Shown: in pieces, positions 52,558 to 63,168 of the stretch
Numbering within the stretch: position 1 is the stretch's first letter
How the letters are laid out: every line of letters begins with the position of its first letter
Origin: an uncultured delta proteobacterium
Lineage (GTDB): Bacteria; Myxococcota; Myxococcia; Myxococcales; Myxococcaceae
Direction: 5' to 3'
Length of the DNA: 64,000 nt
NCBI GenBank assembly: GCA_963771175.1
Contig: CAVYSY010000027.1
Span: 79,932-143,931, forward strand
Translations under genes and position numbers: made by a program
The notes under the pieces: model-generated
What the model was told of the DNA's origin: nothing
What the model saw: the letters and a program-made list of their open reading frames with translations, nothing else
The model's database searches: none

Positions 52558-55268
52558 TCACGAGGCTGGGGAAATGTGGATGACCTCAATCTTGAGGCCC
52601 TCTCCCTTGAACAGCTTTCTGAGTGCACCAGCAAGTTTCTCTTCAGCGACCATCCACCGGATGGGCGTCCCCCGGGCGGCTGCGACCTGGCGTTGCGCCT
52701 GCTCAAGCATTTTGGGCCCCCCCTCGAAGAACTCCACGAAGTTCAGCTCGTCATCAATCCACTTCGCATATCCGGTGCCCTTGGCCTCGAGCAGAACCCC
52801 CTTGTCGAAGCCATCGAAGTCCACCTTCTCGTCACCCATCTTGACACGGTAGGCGTAGCCCTTGGGGGCGCCCGTCACCTGCGCCTGGTAGTTCCGGGCG
52901 CTCTCGGACATGGACTCGTCCACCTGCACCCAGTGACCCGGGCCCCCGGAGAGGGGCGGCTGGGCCCCGCCTCCTCCGCTTCCTCGCGCCATCATGGCCA
53001 CCGCGGTGGGAGCGAGCGCGAGAGTGACACTCTCGGCACTGATGGCGACCGACTCCACCTGAGCGAGGGCCCCGGCCGAGTAGCGGATGCCAAGCTGGGC
53101 CTCGGCCATCACCGCCGCCTGCCCGGCCCCCGGAAGCGTGGGCATCGTCGAGGCCATCCCCGCCGCCGTGTTCCCCACCGCCACCGTCGCCAGCATCACG
53201 AACGCTCGCGCCGCCTTCTCCCCCATCACCTCCCCGAACTTCTCTCCAGCCTCCCGGATCTCCTCGAAGGAGGTGGCCTGCTCCACCTCCTTCATCAGGA
53301 CGAGCCAGCCCTCGATGAGGTTCCACACCGTGTCCCATCCCAGGTACGCCACCGCGCCCACCGTCATCAGCACGGCCACCCCCTTCGAGACGGGCTCGGG
53401 CAGTGAGAGCAAGATGGCGTACATGGTCAGGCCGCCCACGACTGTGGCCACCACCGCCTGGGGGCTCACCAGCCTGGCCAGTTCCTCCTTCATAGCCCCC
53501 AGTACCTTGCTGTGAGCAATCGCCATGGCCAGCGCGTACCTGGCATCCCCGTCCAGGAAGGGCTTGTCCACCAGCAGGCGCAGGCAATCTCCACCCCCCC
53601 ACGTGTGCTCACACCACAGCAGGTAGCAGCGCTTGAGTTCCTCGTCCTCGGGCAACAGGCGCAGGTTCCTGGTGTTCCCCGGCGCCGAGGCAATGAGGCG
53701 TTGGCTCCCGCCCTCGTACCGGTACCAGCCGCTTCGCTCGGGAACACCGAACACCTGCCGAGCGTGCTCCAGGGGCCGCTCGACCAAAGGCACAGCGGGG
53801 GCATGTTGCGCGACGGCCTTCTTGAACTCCTTTTCGCTCACCGCCACCGGCTCCACGTCGCGGCGAGGAGTGTGGACAATGGGCTCGCCCTGGCCTGTGT
53901 CCAAGCGGACGACGGCCCTCGTTGAGGCGCTGCACCCTGAGGAGGCTGGAGGAAATAACTTTTCCCTTTCAGGGAAGCACACAACCCATCGTAATGGGAT
54001 GGCTTGTGGCTACTTGGGAAGGAGCATGTAGTTCCATTCTCCATGAAAATTATCGCGCTGGAGGTTCAATGTTCGCATCTCCTCGTCACGTACCTTGACG
54101 CCCGTGGGGTAGTCCGCCATGTCGAGACTGGCCTGTATGTGGAGTCCCTTGGCCGTCGTCGTACTGCCAATCAGATTGACGATGACTTCTCGGCTCTCCA
54201 GCGGACGACCGCGCCAGTTGTGAGTAATGTGGCAGAACATCCGATGCTCAATCTTGTTCCACTTGCTGGTACCAGGCGGCAGGTGGCTCACGGCGATCCG
54301 TAGACCCGTTTCGTCCGCCAGCCGCTGCAACTCCACCTTCCACAACCGGGCGCGGGCGCTATTGCTACCGCCGCTGTCGGCGATGATCAGCATTTCCTTG
54401 GCCTTCGGATAGCGCGCCATCCCCATTTCCAACCACCACGTTCGAATAGTCGCGAGGGCGAAGGCGGGGGTGTCATGCGTCACTCCGACGCTCACCCAGC
54501 CTTCGTTGGCCTCTACGTCGTAGACGCCGTAGGGCAGGGCTTTGCCCAGCTCCTTGTCCACGAAGTCGTAGACGCGCACATGGGATGGCCGACCCTTGGG
54601 GTGCCACTCCCGCCCGGCGTTCTTGAAGTCCCCGACCAGTTCCTTCTTCTTGGCGTCCACAGAGATGACCGGACCTCGTCCCTGGAACTCCTTCACCCGC
54701 TCGTTGAGGTACTCGAACTGTGCATTGCGTCCGGGTGGCCTCCGGTCTTACGTTGCTTGCAGGCTATAGTCCAACTGGTGAAATGCTCGCCCGACCGTAT
54801 GGGCACTCAGCCATGGCCGTGTGCAACTCCTCGCGAGCTTGGACGTGCTCTTGCACGTCCAACGCGGGATGGTATCGCCGCGTCCGGTCACCAGCCTCAA
54901 GGTCTGCCAGCAATGTCACATCCTCTTCGGTTGCCTTCTTCGGCCTCCACCGCGACGGGCGCGGTGCACTCCAAGGAAGCCTGCTCGAGCCTCCCATCCC
55001 GTCGAAGTGTCGGAGACAGTCCCGTGTGGGTCCACTGGGTTTGCCCCATCGCGACTCGCCTCGCTGCCGCCCACGCGTCGGACCGCCTCATTCATGCCAG
55101 CGCGCAGCTTCGTACTTGCTCTGGATGAACTTTCGCAATGCGTTCTCGTCCATCCGCCTTCCTCGCTGCTGCCGAATTCATTGGAGCAACAACTGAAAGG
55201 AAAAGTTATTTCCTCCAGCCTCCTGAGAGCAACACGAACAGCAGCTATATCACCCCCGAGCGCGGCAT
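52558..55268 (-). pseudogene. SitA5-like lipoprotein polymorphic toxin with C-terminal Tox-REase-5, interrupted by ISAzo13 and carrying a TAG in the signal peptide
   Basis: Removing the IS gives AGGAGG then MPRSGVI*LLFVLLSGCSASTRAVVRLDTGQG; C-terminal YQAQVTG, VDFDGF, LLEAKG, QAQRQ. Confidence 0.85.
53941..55223 (-). mobile_element. ISAzo13-family IS, transposase ~54010-55153 with frameshifted 5' half
   Basis: IRs GGAGGCTGGAGGAAATAACTTTTCC at both ends; 3-bp TSD TGA; ISVDAKKKELVG, PPGTSKWNKIEHR, FHGEWNY. Confidence 0.92.
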
Positions 55269-55369
55269 ATGGAGCCTCCTGGCCAGGGCTCCCGCGCGCC
55301 GGGAGCACCACAGGAGATTTACAGGGGAGCCATGATTGCCCGTCAATCACGGAGCTCGCGGACACCTGG

Positions 55370-55590
55370 AGCGAAGGGAACGTCAGCCCTTCGAGCGTCG
55401 CCGTGCGCGTGCCTCCTCTATCCCAGAGTTTGAGGGCGAAGGTCCCCTGCGACTCGTGCGGCTGCGCATCGGCCTCCACCATGACGACCTGCTCCCCGTT
55501 CTCCCCCAGGGCAACGGACTCCTCCTGCCACACCGGCAGCACGGGCAGCGCACGTCCGCCAGGGCTCTCTGCTCCAGCGTGCGACATACG
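55370..55590 (-). pseudogene. C-terminal remnant of a DUF2381 (TIGR02268) protein
   Basis: VLPVWQEE...VMVEAD...GTFALKLWDRGGTRTATLEGLTFP. Confidence 0.6.
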
Positions 55591-55640
55591 TGCAACAAGG
55601 ATGGAGCCAACTTCGAACCCTCGTTACTACGCTTAAGACA

Positions 55641-55666
55641 GTGGAGGCGGCGGGAATCGAAGCCGC
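55641..55666 (-). other. tmRNA-like 3'-end fragment (probable att site)
   Basis: GCGGCTTCGATTCCCGCCGCCTCCAC: T-arm plus Ala-type acceptor strand CGCCTCCA; no 5' half nearby. Confidence 0.65.
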
Positions 55667-56215
55667 TAAGGGCGGAGCCACCTCCCTCGGGATCAGCGGC
55701 ACCCCCCATTTTCCCTCTGAAAATGGGGCGCCCATCTGTCCGGGCGATGTCCAGGCGCGTCCGCTTGGTTTGGTCCTTTTTGGTCCCCTTGGACTCCTTG
55801 CTGGGCGAGAGTGGCGAGCCATTTAGCCATGAATATATCTTCTGACGCCGATATCTTAGCCTACTACTCCAGCCCTGGTGCTCTCACCGGCCCGAAGTGT
55901 CCACCATCGCCGCCGTGCTGCCTTCGGTGGGGCCGCGCATTGGCGCCTGGGCCCGGCGTGTGCTCCACACTGGAAGGCGGCCAGGGCTGACGGACCGAGG
56001 AGGCCTCCAGGCGCTGCTTGAAGATCTGGACTTTCCGCAGGCGTTCAGCGTCCTGATGCTGCCAAAGTAACGGGCCGGAGGCACGGCAGTCACCTCCGGC
56101 ACTAGTTAGGCAGCAGCGGTTCGGCCGAATCCCATGAGCCGCCATGCTTGCCGGCCTGTCCTACGTGTCAGGTCGAGGAGAAATGGTGGTGCCTTGAGGC
56201 ACCACCACTCCAAAA

Positions 56216-56344
56216 GGGTGTGGTTCTGATACTGAGCAGGGAGGGCGTCCTCTCCCGAGGGAGAACAGGGGGATTTCCGAGCGGCCTGCCGACCCTCCCA
56301 GGGGGCGTCTCCACAGGAGGCTGCTCAGTATGAGAACCACACCC
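56216..56344. mobile_element. 129-bp MITE with ISKra4-type ends
   Basis: 24-bp TIRs GGGTGTGGTTCT(G/C)ATACTGAGCAG; 8-bp TSD CTCCAAAA at 56208-56215 and 56345-56352. Confidence 0.9.
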
Positions 56345-56531
56345 CTCCAAAATCTCCGGGATTTACTGAGCTGGCTCGTCTACAGTGAATCTTGATGAGA
56401 GACGTGGGGAAGTTGAGAGACGTTCGACCGAACGCTGGCCGCCAGCCGCTCCACGTGGTCCAGCCTGGTGATTCTCCGGTGGCACCGACGGAGCCAACGC
56501 CTGCGCTAACGACACTGGCGAGAACGAGGCG

Positions 56532-57506
56532 TTGATCCTCAGTCCGTTGCGTTACCCCGGGCTCGAAGCGGCGGTTCGCAGGGTACGTTCGCCGAACGCT
56601 AGAGCTGAATGACTTGAAGCCACGCCTCTTCGTGGAGCCGTTCGCGGGAGGCGCGAGCGTCTCCCTTCAACTCCTGAACGATGGCGTGGTGGAGAAGATC
56701 GGTCTCATCGACCTCGACCCATTGGTCGCAGCCTTCTGGCGCACGGTCTTCTTCGACACGGACTGGCTCGTCAGGCGGGTGGAGCGGATGGCGGTTACGC
56801 TCCGCCAATGGAAGGCATGGCACAAGGCTCGGCCCCGCAGCATTCGCGACCGCGCCCTCAAGTGCCTCTTTCTCAACCGCACGAGCTTTTCAGACATAAT
56901 CGCGCCTGGCGCAGGTCCCATCGGTGGGTGGGCTCAGAAGTCCGAGTACGACGTGGCCTGCCGGTTCCCACGCGAGACGCTGGTTCGCCGAATCGACAGG
57001 CCGCGAAGCTCAGCGACCGGGTGGCGTTCGTCTGGTCTATGTCGTGGTCCGAAGGGCTTGCGCGGATGCGGCAGTTGCAGCACCAGGCGAGATTCCCGGC
57101 GAGCGACTTTCTGTACCTGGATCCCCCTTCTTCGAGAAAGCGGACGGCTTCTACACGCACTACTTCTCGGATCGACAGCACACCGAGAGCTTCGCGACCA
57201 TCTTCTGATCGAGAAATCGAAGTGGATCCTGTCCTACGACTCAGCCCGAAGGGTGGAGGAGTTGTATGGACGCGCTCCGAAGCAGGTGGATCTGCTCTAC
57301 AGCGTCGCCGCGAAAGCGTCCGCAACGGCAGGTGCAGGAGATCGTGCTCTCCAACGTGGACTCGTTGCCCGAGCAGACTCGGCTGTGGCGCCGGCAGTCG
57401 GAGTGGCTGACCACGAGGTCGCGGCTGCCATCGCGGTGGCGAATGGTGACAAGCCACCAACCTCAACACGCCGTTCCTGCGAGGTCGGGAAGGCAGCAGG
57501 AGCTAA
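56532..57506 (+). CDS. DNA adenine methyltransferase, Dam/D12 class (frameshifted)
   Basis: SPLRYPG.K, FVEPFAGGASV, FLNRTSFS, YLDPP, WILSYD. Confidence 0.85.
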
Positions 57507-57509
57507 CGG

Positions 57510-59459
57510 ATGCAGAACATGGGTGGGATTCTGAAGGACCATCCGCTCGCGAAGCTGATTCCAGCCGGACAACTTCGTCGGCTGGGTATACGGATCGGGT
57601 ACGACCGCGCGTCGGTCATGACGAATGACTTTGGAAGGCGAACGCGCTCGGCATCCCGCACAACTGCTTTTGATGCTGCGTCATTCAAAGCCGGACGAGT
57701 TCCAGAAGGCCAAAGATGGCGGACCAAGGAGGTGCTCTCTCCCGTGATCGGTCGGCGAAGTTGCCCCAGGATGACGATTGGTGCGGACGCGGTGGACTTC
57801 TTCCAGCAGCAGACGCAGAAGTTCGACCGCGCCTACGATGACATCACCCAGAACCAGATGCAGTTCGGCGGGCTGAGTGCGCATTTTGGGCACCTTCTAT
57901 GTCAACCGGAGGCGAGCTGTGCCTGGAAGTGACATGAGTCGTTCGCGATGGCGGCGGCTAAAGTGTACCGGCCCGCGGCGACTCTGTCTCACAATCGTCA
58001 ACCACGTGATCCGCTCCGCCGAAGGCCGCCGCCGAGGCTGCGCCCTCGGTTTGAAGAAGCCATGACCCTTCAAGATCGGAACCGTTCGGTACACTCGACC
58101 GACGTTCACCGCAGCCCTCCGACTTCCTGGCGCGACGCACCGCCGTGCTTGGCATGACCCGTACCGGCAAGTCCAACATGGTCAAGCAGATGGTTGCCGT
58201 CGTCAAGCGTGTGGCCGACGACTTCGGCACGCCTATCGGCCAGATCATCTACGACATCAACGGCGAGTACGCAAACGCCAACCAGCAAGACAAAGGCGCC
58301 CTGGCCGACATCTACACGACGCGAGACCGTTCGCTACCGGATGCTTCAGCACCGAAGGCTTCGAGGAACTTCAGAACAACTTCTACCTCCAGCTCGACGA
58401 AGGCTTCAAGACCATCCGCGACTTCGTCCAGGAGCGCAAACTCGGCGGCCAACAGGACATGGACGTCTTCGTCAACACGTCCTTTGACGAGCCTGATCCG
58501 CAGGAGATCAGCGCCACAACCGCTGGAAAGTCCGGGTCGCCGCCTATCAGGCCGCTCCTGTACGAGGCCGGCTTCGAGGCGCCCCACGGCCATCGTGGTC
58601 AAGTTCAAGGCCAACAAGGAAGTGCTTGACGCCGTCGCAAGCGCGGGTGGTCCCTCGCCCAGCCCAACTCTGGCTTCACCCTGCCCCAAGCCGTCGAGTG
58701 GTTCCAGGCCGCTCGTGAGGCCAACGGCGGCTCCAACAACACCTCCGTAGCAGCAGCGGCAAGCCATGGTTCGACAACGACACACGCGCCATTCTCAATC
58801 TCATCGCCAACAAGAACGACGGCGGCACGTTCATCCACGGCTACAACAACCTGACCGATGCCATTCCCTACCACTCCCCTCGCCGCAGCAAAGAAGTCGG
58901 CGATGAGATCTACGCACATCTGGAGGCCGGCAGGATCGTCATACTGGACCTTTCGGTGGGCAACCCAGATCTGCGCGAACGTATCAGCACCCAGATCGCT
59001 GCGGACATCTTCAACAAGTCGATGAACAAGTTCGTGGAGGGCAAAACTCCGCCCAACATCGTCGTCTACATCGAGGAGGCCCACAATCTGATCGGCAGGG
59101 GAATGGAACTGACCGCCACCTGGCCGCGCTTGGCCAAGGAAGGCGCCAAGTATCGAATCGCGCTTGTCTACGCCACTCAGGAGGTGTCTTCGGTTCACCC
59201 CAACATTCTGGCCAACACGGAAAACTGGTTCATCACCCACCTGAACAACACCGACGAGATCAAGCAGCTTGCCAAGTTCTACGACTTCGGCGACTTCGAC
59301 CGCTCCCTCCTGCGCGCCCAGGATGTCGGCTTCGCCCGTGTCAAGTCGCTTTCCAGCCCTTACGTCATTCCCACTCAGATCGACAAGTTCGATCCGAATT
59401 CGACGAAATCTGCGGTCCTGAGCGGAGGCGGTCTATGCCCTTACGAACCAGTTCGCTGA
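57510..59459 (+). CDS. HerA-like ATPase/helicase, DUF87 (frameshifted)
   Basis: AGGAG RBS; Walker A LGMTRTGKSN, IYDINGEY, Walker B YIEEAHN, YATQ. Confidence 0.85.
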
Positions 59460-60836
59460 CAAGACTTCGCACTTCGACATTGTGCGGAATCCGGAGGTGT
59501 GGCCGCTCTGGAGGACTGCGACTACCTGACGACGCCATCCGACGAGGAGGGTGCGTCGATGAACGCCAAGTCCATAACGCCGCCCTGAACTGACGGGGTG
59601 CCGTTGCCGGAGCGGGTCATCGCGGTCGACGGCAGTTTCTACGAGTCTCGGATCGACGAGAAGCTGCCGAGCACGAAGGTCGGCTACGTGAAGGTGGGAG
59701 CCGTGCTGATTGATCTTGCGGAGTTTGAGGCGCTTCGCGACGGCGAGTTTGTGGACCCATTCGGTCGCGCGGCTCAAGGAGAACAACGTCGCCGCTGACC
59801 TTCTCGTTGCCGAGCTCGAACATTCGCTCCAAGGGGGCAAGCTCGGTCGGAGAGCGTTTAGGGCAGCGGTCGACGAAGGTCTCAGGCGCGACGGACTCGC
59901 TTTGACCAGGAGATCCATCGACCAGCTTGCGGACGACGCTTTTCGAGCTTGCGGCGCGGACGAAGACGGGACTGGGGACCCGAGTCAAAGTGCTTCTTCA
60001 CCGATGTCCTGGGGAGTCCTGCGAGCCAGGGCCGTTCCAGTCGAAGCAATCCCGGAGTCCAGAACTGCCTCACTTCCAGTCGGAGGTCTTCCGTCGGACT
60101 GCTTACGCCTGTGGGAGGAGGTGAGCGATTTCCAGTCAAATGCAGGTGCCTCTGTCGCGTTTCATGCTGGTCTGAGCACATGCTTCCGGTTCACTACTTC
60201 CGGTACCTGCTAATCGTAGCGCCGTGGCTTCTCTCCGCGGTGGCATTCTTCATCGACGGCCCGCTGGCGGTCTTCGGTACCGCCGCGTGGCTCCATGCCT
60301 CGATCCTGAACTATCTCGCGCACGTGAATCAGCATCTAGTCGGGATGGGACTACGCCCGATGTTGGTGATCGGATTACAGAAGACTGGCCAGGTCGTGGA
60401 CCACGCGATGCTAGTGAGCAAATTCATCCCGAACGACCGGCTGCTCGCCATTGATGACGACTACCGTTACAGGTACATCCTCGCGGGTCGTGACCCCTCA
60501 GCAAACGGATTCGGCGGGGAGACATATTACGGGCAGGACTTTATCTACCGGACACCAAGCGGTCGGACCTTCGTCTTTGGGTTGCCCTACCCGTTTGCCA
60601 CCAAGTCGGAGGCGAAGGACTTTACGAAGGAGAAGGTGCAGCTCCAGAGATACACGGAACTGCCTCGGGCTCTGGGGCTGATCAAGCACTTCGAGTCTGA
60701 CCTCTATCAGAACGCGGTCATCCCCATCGCGCTCGCGCACCGCTACACAGCGATCAGCCTCATGCCTGGTGGCCGTGTTCTGGACGTGATGACGAAGCAG
60801 GCGCTCAACCTGAAGGGCGGTGGCGACAAGAAGTAG
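59435..60836 (+). CDS. NurA-family nuclease (frameshifted)
   Basis: GGAGG RBS; VIAVDGS, FFIDGPL, GLQKTG, PIALAH. Confidence 0.8.
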
Positions 60837-61120
60837 GGGAATCCCATCGTCAGTGGATTCAACCGCGGCAGCGGCCTTTCGCGTGGAACAGGATCCACTC
60901 ATGGCTAGCACCAAACGCGCAGAGGGCCCTTTTTTGGTGCACATGGCGGTTCCGCTGCCCCCGAGGGAAGATGACCTAGCCTCCCTCTGGATGCGCGGAA
61001 CTTTGCGGGTCACCCGTTTCGACCCTTTTGCGCGTTTCGTTTGGTGCTAGTGCGCACTGAATCTTTGCCACCGCGCGAATCAAACAGGGCGTATCTGAAC
61101 CAATACCGGAGTGTGGCAAA

Positions 61121-61677
61121 CATGGACAGGACATCGGAGAAGCAACTCATTGCGGAGGCCAAGCAGTTCTTTGAGGAAAAAGGCCTTGTAGTTTCCGCAG
61201 AGTGTCATTTTGGAGAGGACGATGACGAACTTCCGGACGTCAAGATCGCTTTTAATCGCGACCAATGGAAAGGGGATTTTCCCGATTATCTGTTGCTGGA
61301 AGCAAAATCTCATCATTCAACAGATTCACCAAATACGATCAACAAGATCTTTGGCCAGTTATTAAAAGAAAGTGGCAAGGTGGTAGAAGAGAGCCTAGAA
61401 GGCGCGACATTCTGTCTCGGTGTCTTGATACCAGAAGATGCTGGAACGTGGATTGTCGAACGAGGGGACGGATAGGGAAAAGACGCACCGTCGCACTTCT
61501 GGCATCGCATATTATCAAGAGGGATTTCGTCGCATCCCGGCGGACAAATACCGGATCTTTGGCGCGCTTGTGGATGCACGATACGTCGTTACTTACTCAA
61601 GGATTTATCAGCGCATACAGGTGTTCGATTGGAATGGCTTCTATCAGCGCAAGGCGCCAATCCTCGTTCTGTCCTGA
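61121..61677 (+). CDS. Putative PD-(D/E)xK nuclease (frameshift near 61470)
   Basis: E...PDVKI...LLLEAK...IFGQLL; markedly AT-rich codons. Confidence 0.55.
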
Positions 61678-61904
61678 GCATTCCGCCATATTAGAAAGAA
61701 ATCCGACTCAGCCATTGGCCAAGCGGGTGGGGGGGGGGGAAGTCTAAGTAACAGTCGTTGTTGTAGAGATTACCCACAAGCTCGGACCCCTGCCGCGTTC
61801 CTCAAGGAAGGTGGGGCCTGGCAGGCCTGTCCCAAAGGTGGCTGCACGGCCTGCCCACTGGCTTGCGTGTAGCCCACGCGGCACCCGGCAGCGGCCCTCC
61901 TACG

Positions 61905-62365
61905 GGGTGTGGTTCTCATACTGAGCAATTGGTTGCCTGCCAAGGGGCCTGGAGAGCGAGGCTTGAGGCGAGGAGAGGGCTGCCCCATCTCGCTGTGACA
62001 CCTGCGGAGGATGCCATGGCGAAGACGGTGCTGGTCGAGGTTCCGGAGGAGCTCGCGGGAGCAGTGAAGAGGTTCGTGGAAGAAGTGGAAGGTGCGATGC
62101 CGGAGACACGTGGGGGCCGGGCCGTGGACGTGGCCAGCTACGAGCGGGCCGTGGAACAGAGTGCGGCCGGGCTGGAGCAGGAATCCATGCGGAGGTTGCT
62201 TCAAGCGCTCGACGTCGATGCGCCCCACGTCATCATCCACGGAAAGCCCGCCCAGGGTGATCGGGTCGAGGGCCGGCGCGGTGGTGTGCAGGCTGCTCTT
62301 GGCCGTCTCCGCCGTTTCCGGCTTCGTGCCCGTTTAGAGCGCACCATCACTCCGTCTCCGGCCCC
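61905..62365 (+). mobile_element. ISKra4-family remnant (left IR plus truncated transposase from 62016)
   Basis: IR GGGTGTGGTTCTCATACTGAGCA; GGRAVDVASYE...LQALDVDAPHVII N-terminus. Confidence 0.7.
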
Positions 62366-62434
62366 GTACCCGTCCGGCCAATGACGTGCTGCGGAGCTTG
62401 GCCGGGGTGAGGGGGCCGACGGACCCTGCCGGGC

Positions 62435-62764
62435 ATGTCGAAGCAGAGAGAGAAGCCGGAGTGGGTCCGAGTCGCCGAGGAGTACGAGGCGAGCGGGCTG
62501 ACGCAGAGGGAGTTCGCGCAGCGCCGGGGCATGACGCTGAGCACGTTGCAGTCGTGGGTGTACCGGCGTAGGCGTCAGGAGAGCACACCTGTCGTGGAGC
62601 CAGTGCGGCTGCTGCCGGTGCAGGTGGCGGCGGCCCCGGTGGTGAGCGGGAGCGACACCCTCGAGGTGCTCACCGCCAGTGGCGAGCGCGTGAGCTTCGC
62701 GGTGGGCACGGATGTGGAGTACGTGGCCCGACTGGTGGCCGCGCTGGGGCACAAGTCGTGCTGA
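62435..62764 (+). CDS. tnpA: IS66 accessory protein TnpA (HTH)
   Basis: SGLTQREFA...TLQSW, RLLPV. Confidence 0.85.
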   Translation: MSKQREKPEWVRVAEEYEASGLTQREFAQRRGMTLSTLQSWVYRRRRQESTPVVEPVRLLPVQVAAAPVVSGSDTLEVLTASGERVSFAVGTDVEYVARLVAALGHKSC

Positions 62765-63153
62765 CGCTGCCCGGCTCGGTGAGGATTCTGCTGGCCACCC
62801 AGCCGGTGGACATGCGCAACAGCATTGATGGGCTCATGGCCCTGGTGCGCACCGCCTGGGGCGAGGACGTGTACTCGGGGCACCTCTTCGTCTTCGTCAG
62901 CCGCAAGGGCGACAGGGTGAAGATTCTCACCTTCAGTCGCGGCGGCTTCGTCCTCTACTACAAGCGCCTGGAGACGGGTCGCTTCCGGCTGCCGCGCGTG
63001 GACGCGGACGCCCAGGCGGTGCAGTTGGACGCCACGCAGCTCACCATGCTGCTGGACGGCATTGATGTGGCGCGCGTGGAGCGCCCGCGCGCCTGGACTC
63101 CTGCCCGCCAGCCTTCTGGAGAAGTCGCCTCGGAGAAGTTACCGCCCCAGTAG
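62758..63153 (+). CDS. tnpB: IS66 accessory protein TnpB
   Basis: PVDMRNSIDGL, HLFVF, YKRLETGRF, LLDGID. Confidence 0.92.
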   Translation: MLTLPGSVRILLATQPVDMRNSIDGLMALVRTAWGEDVYSGHLFVFVSRKGDRVKILTFSRGGFVLYYKRLETGRFRLPRVDADAQAVQLDATQLTMLLDGIDVARVERPRAWTPARQPSGEVASEKLPPQ

Positions 63154-63168
63154 GGTGTTGGCGGGGGC

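Noticed and set aside
53944..53982. GTG-started N-terminus MCFPEREKLF as the native toxin start
   Set aside because: It is encoded by the IS end; the native signal peptide lies at 55224-55268
55641..55666. Functional tRNA or tmRNA gene
   Set aside because: Only the T-arm and 3' acceptor strand are present, with a T-stem mismatch and no CCA
61728..61739. Poly-G tract as a phase-variation switch
   Set aside because: Intergenic, downstream of a stop, and homopolymer length is unreliable in this assembly
56216..61927. Composite transposon bounded by the MITE and the ISKra4 IR
   Set aside because: The MITE has its own TSD, and the 61905 IR faces away from the island genes
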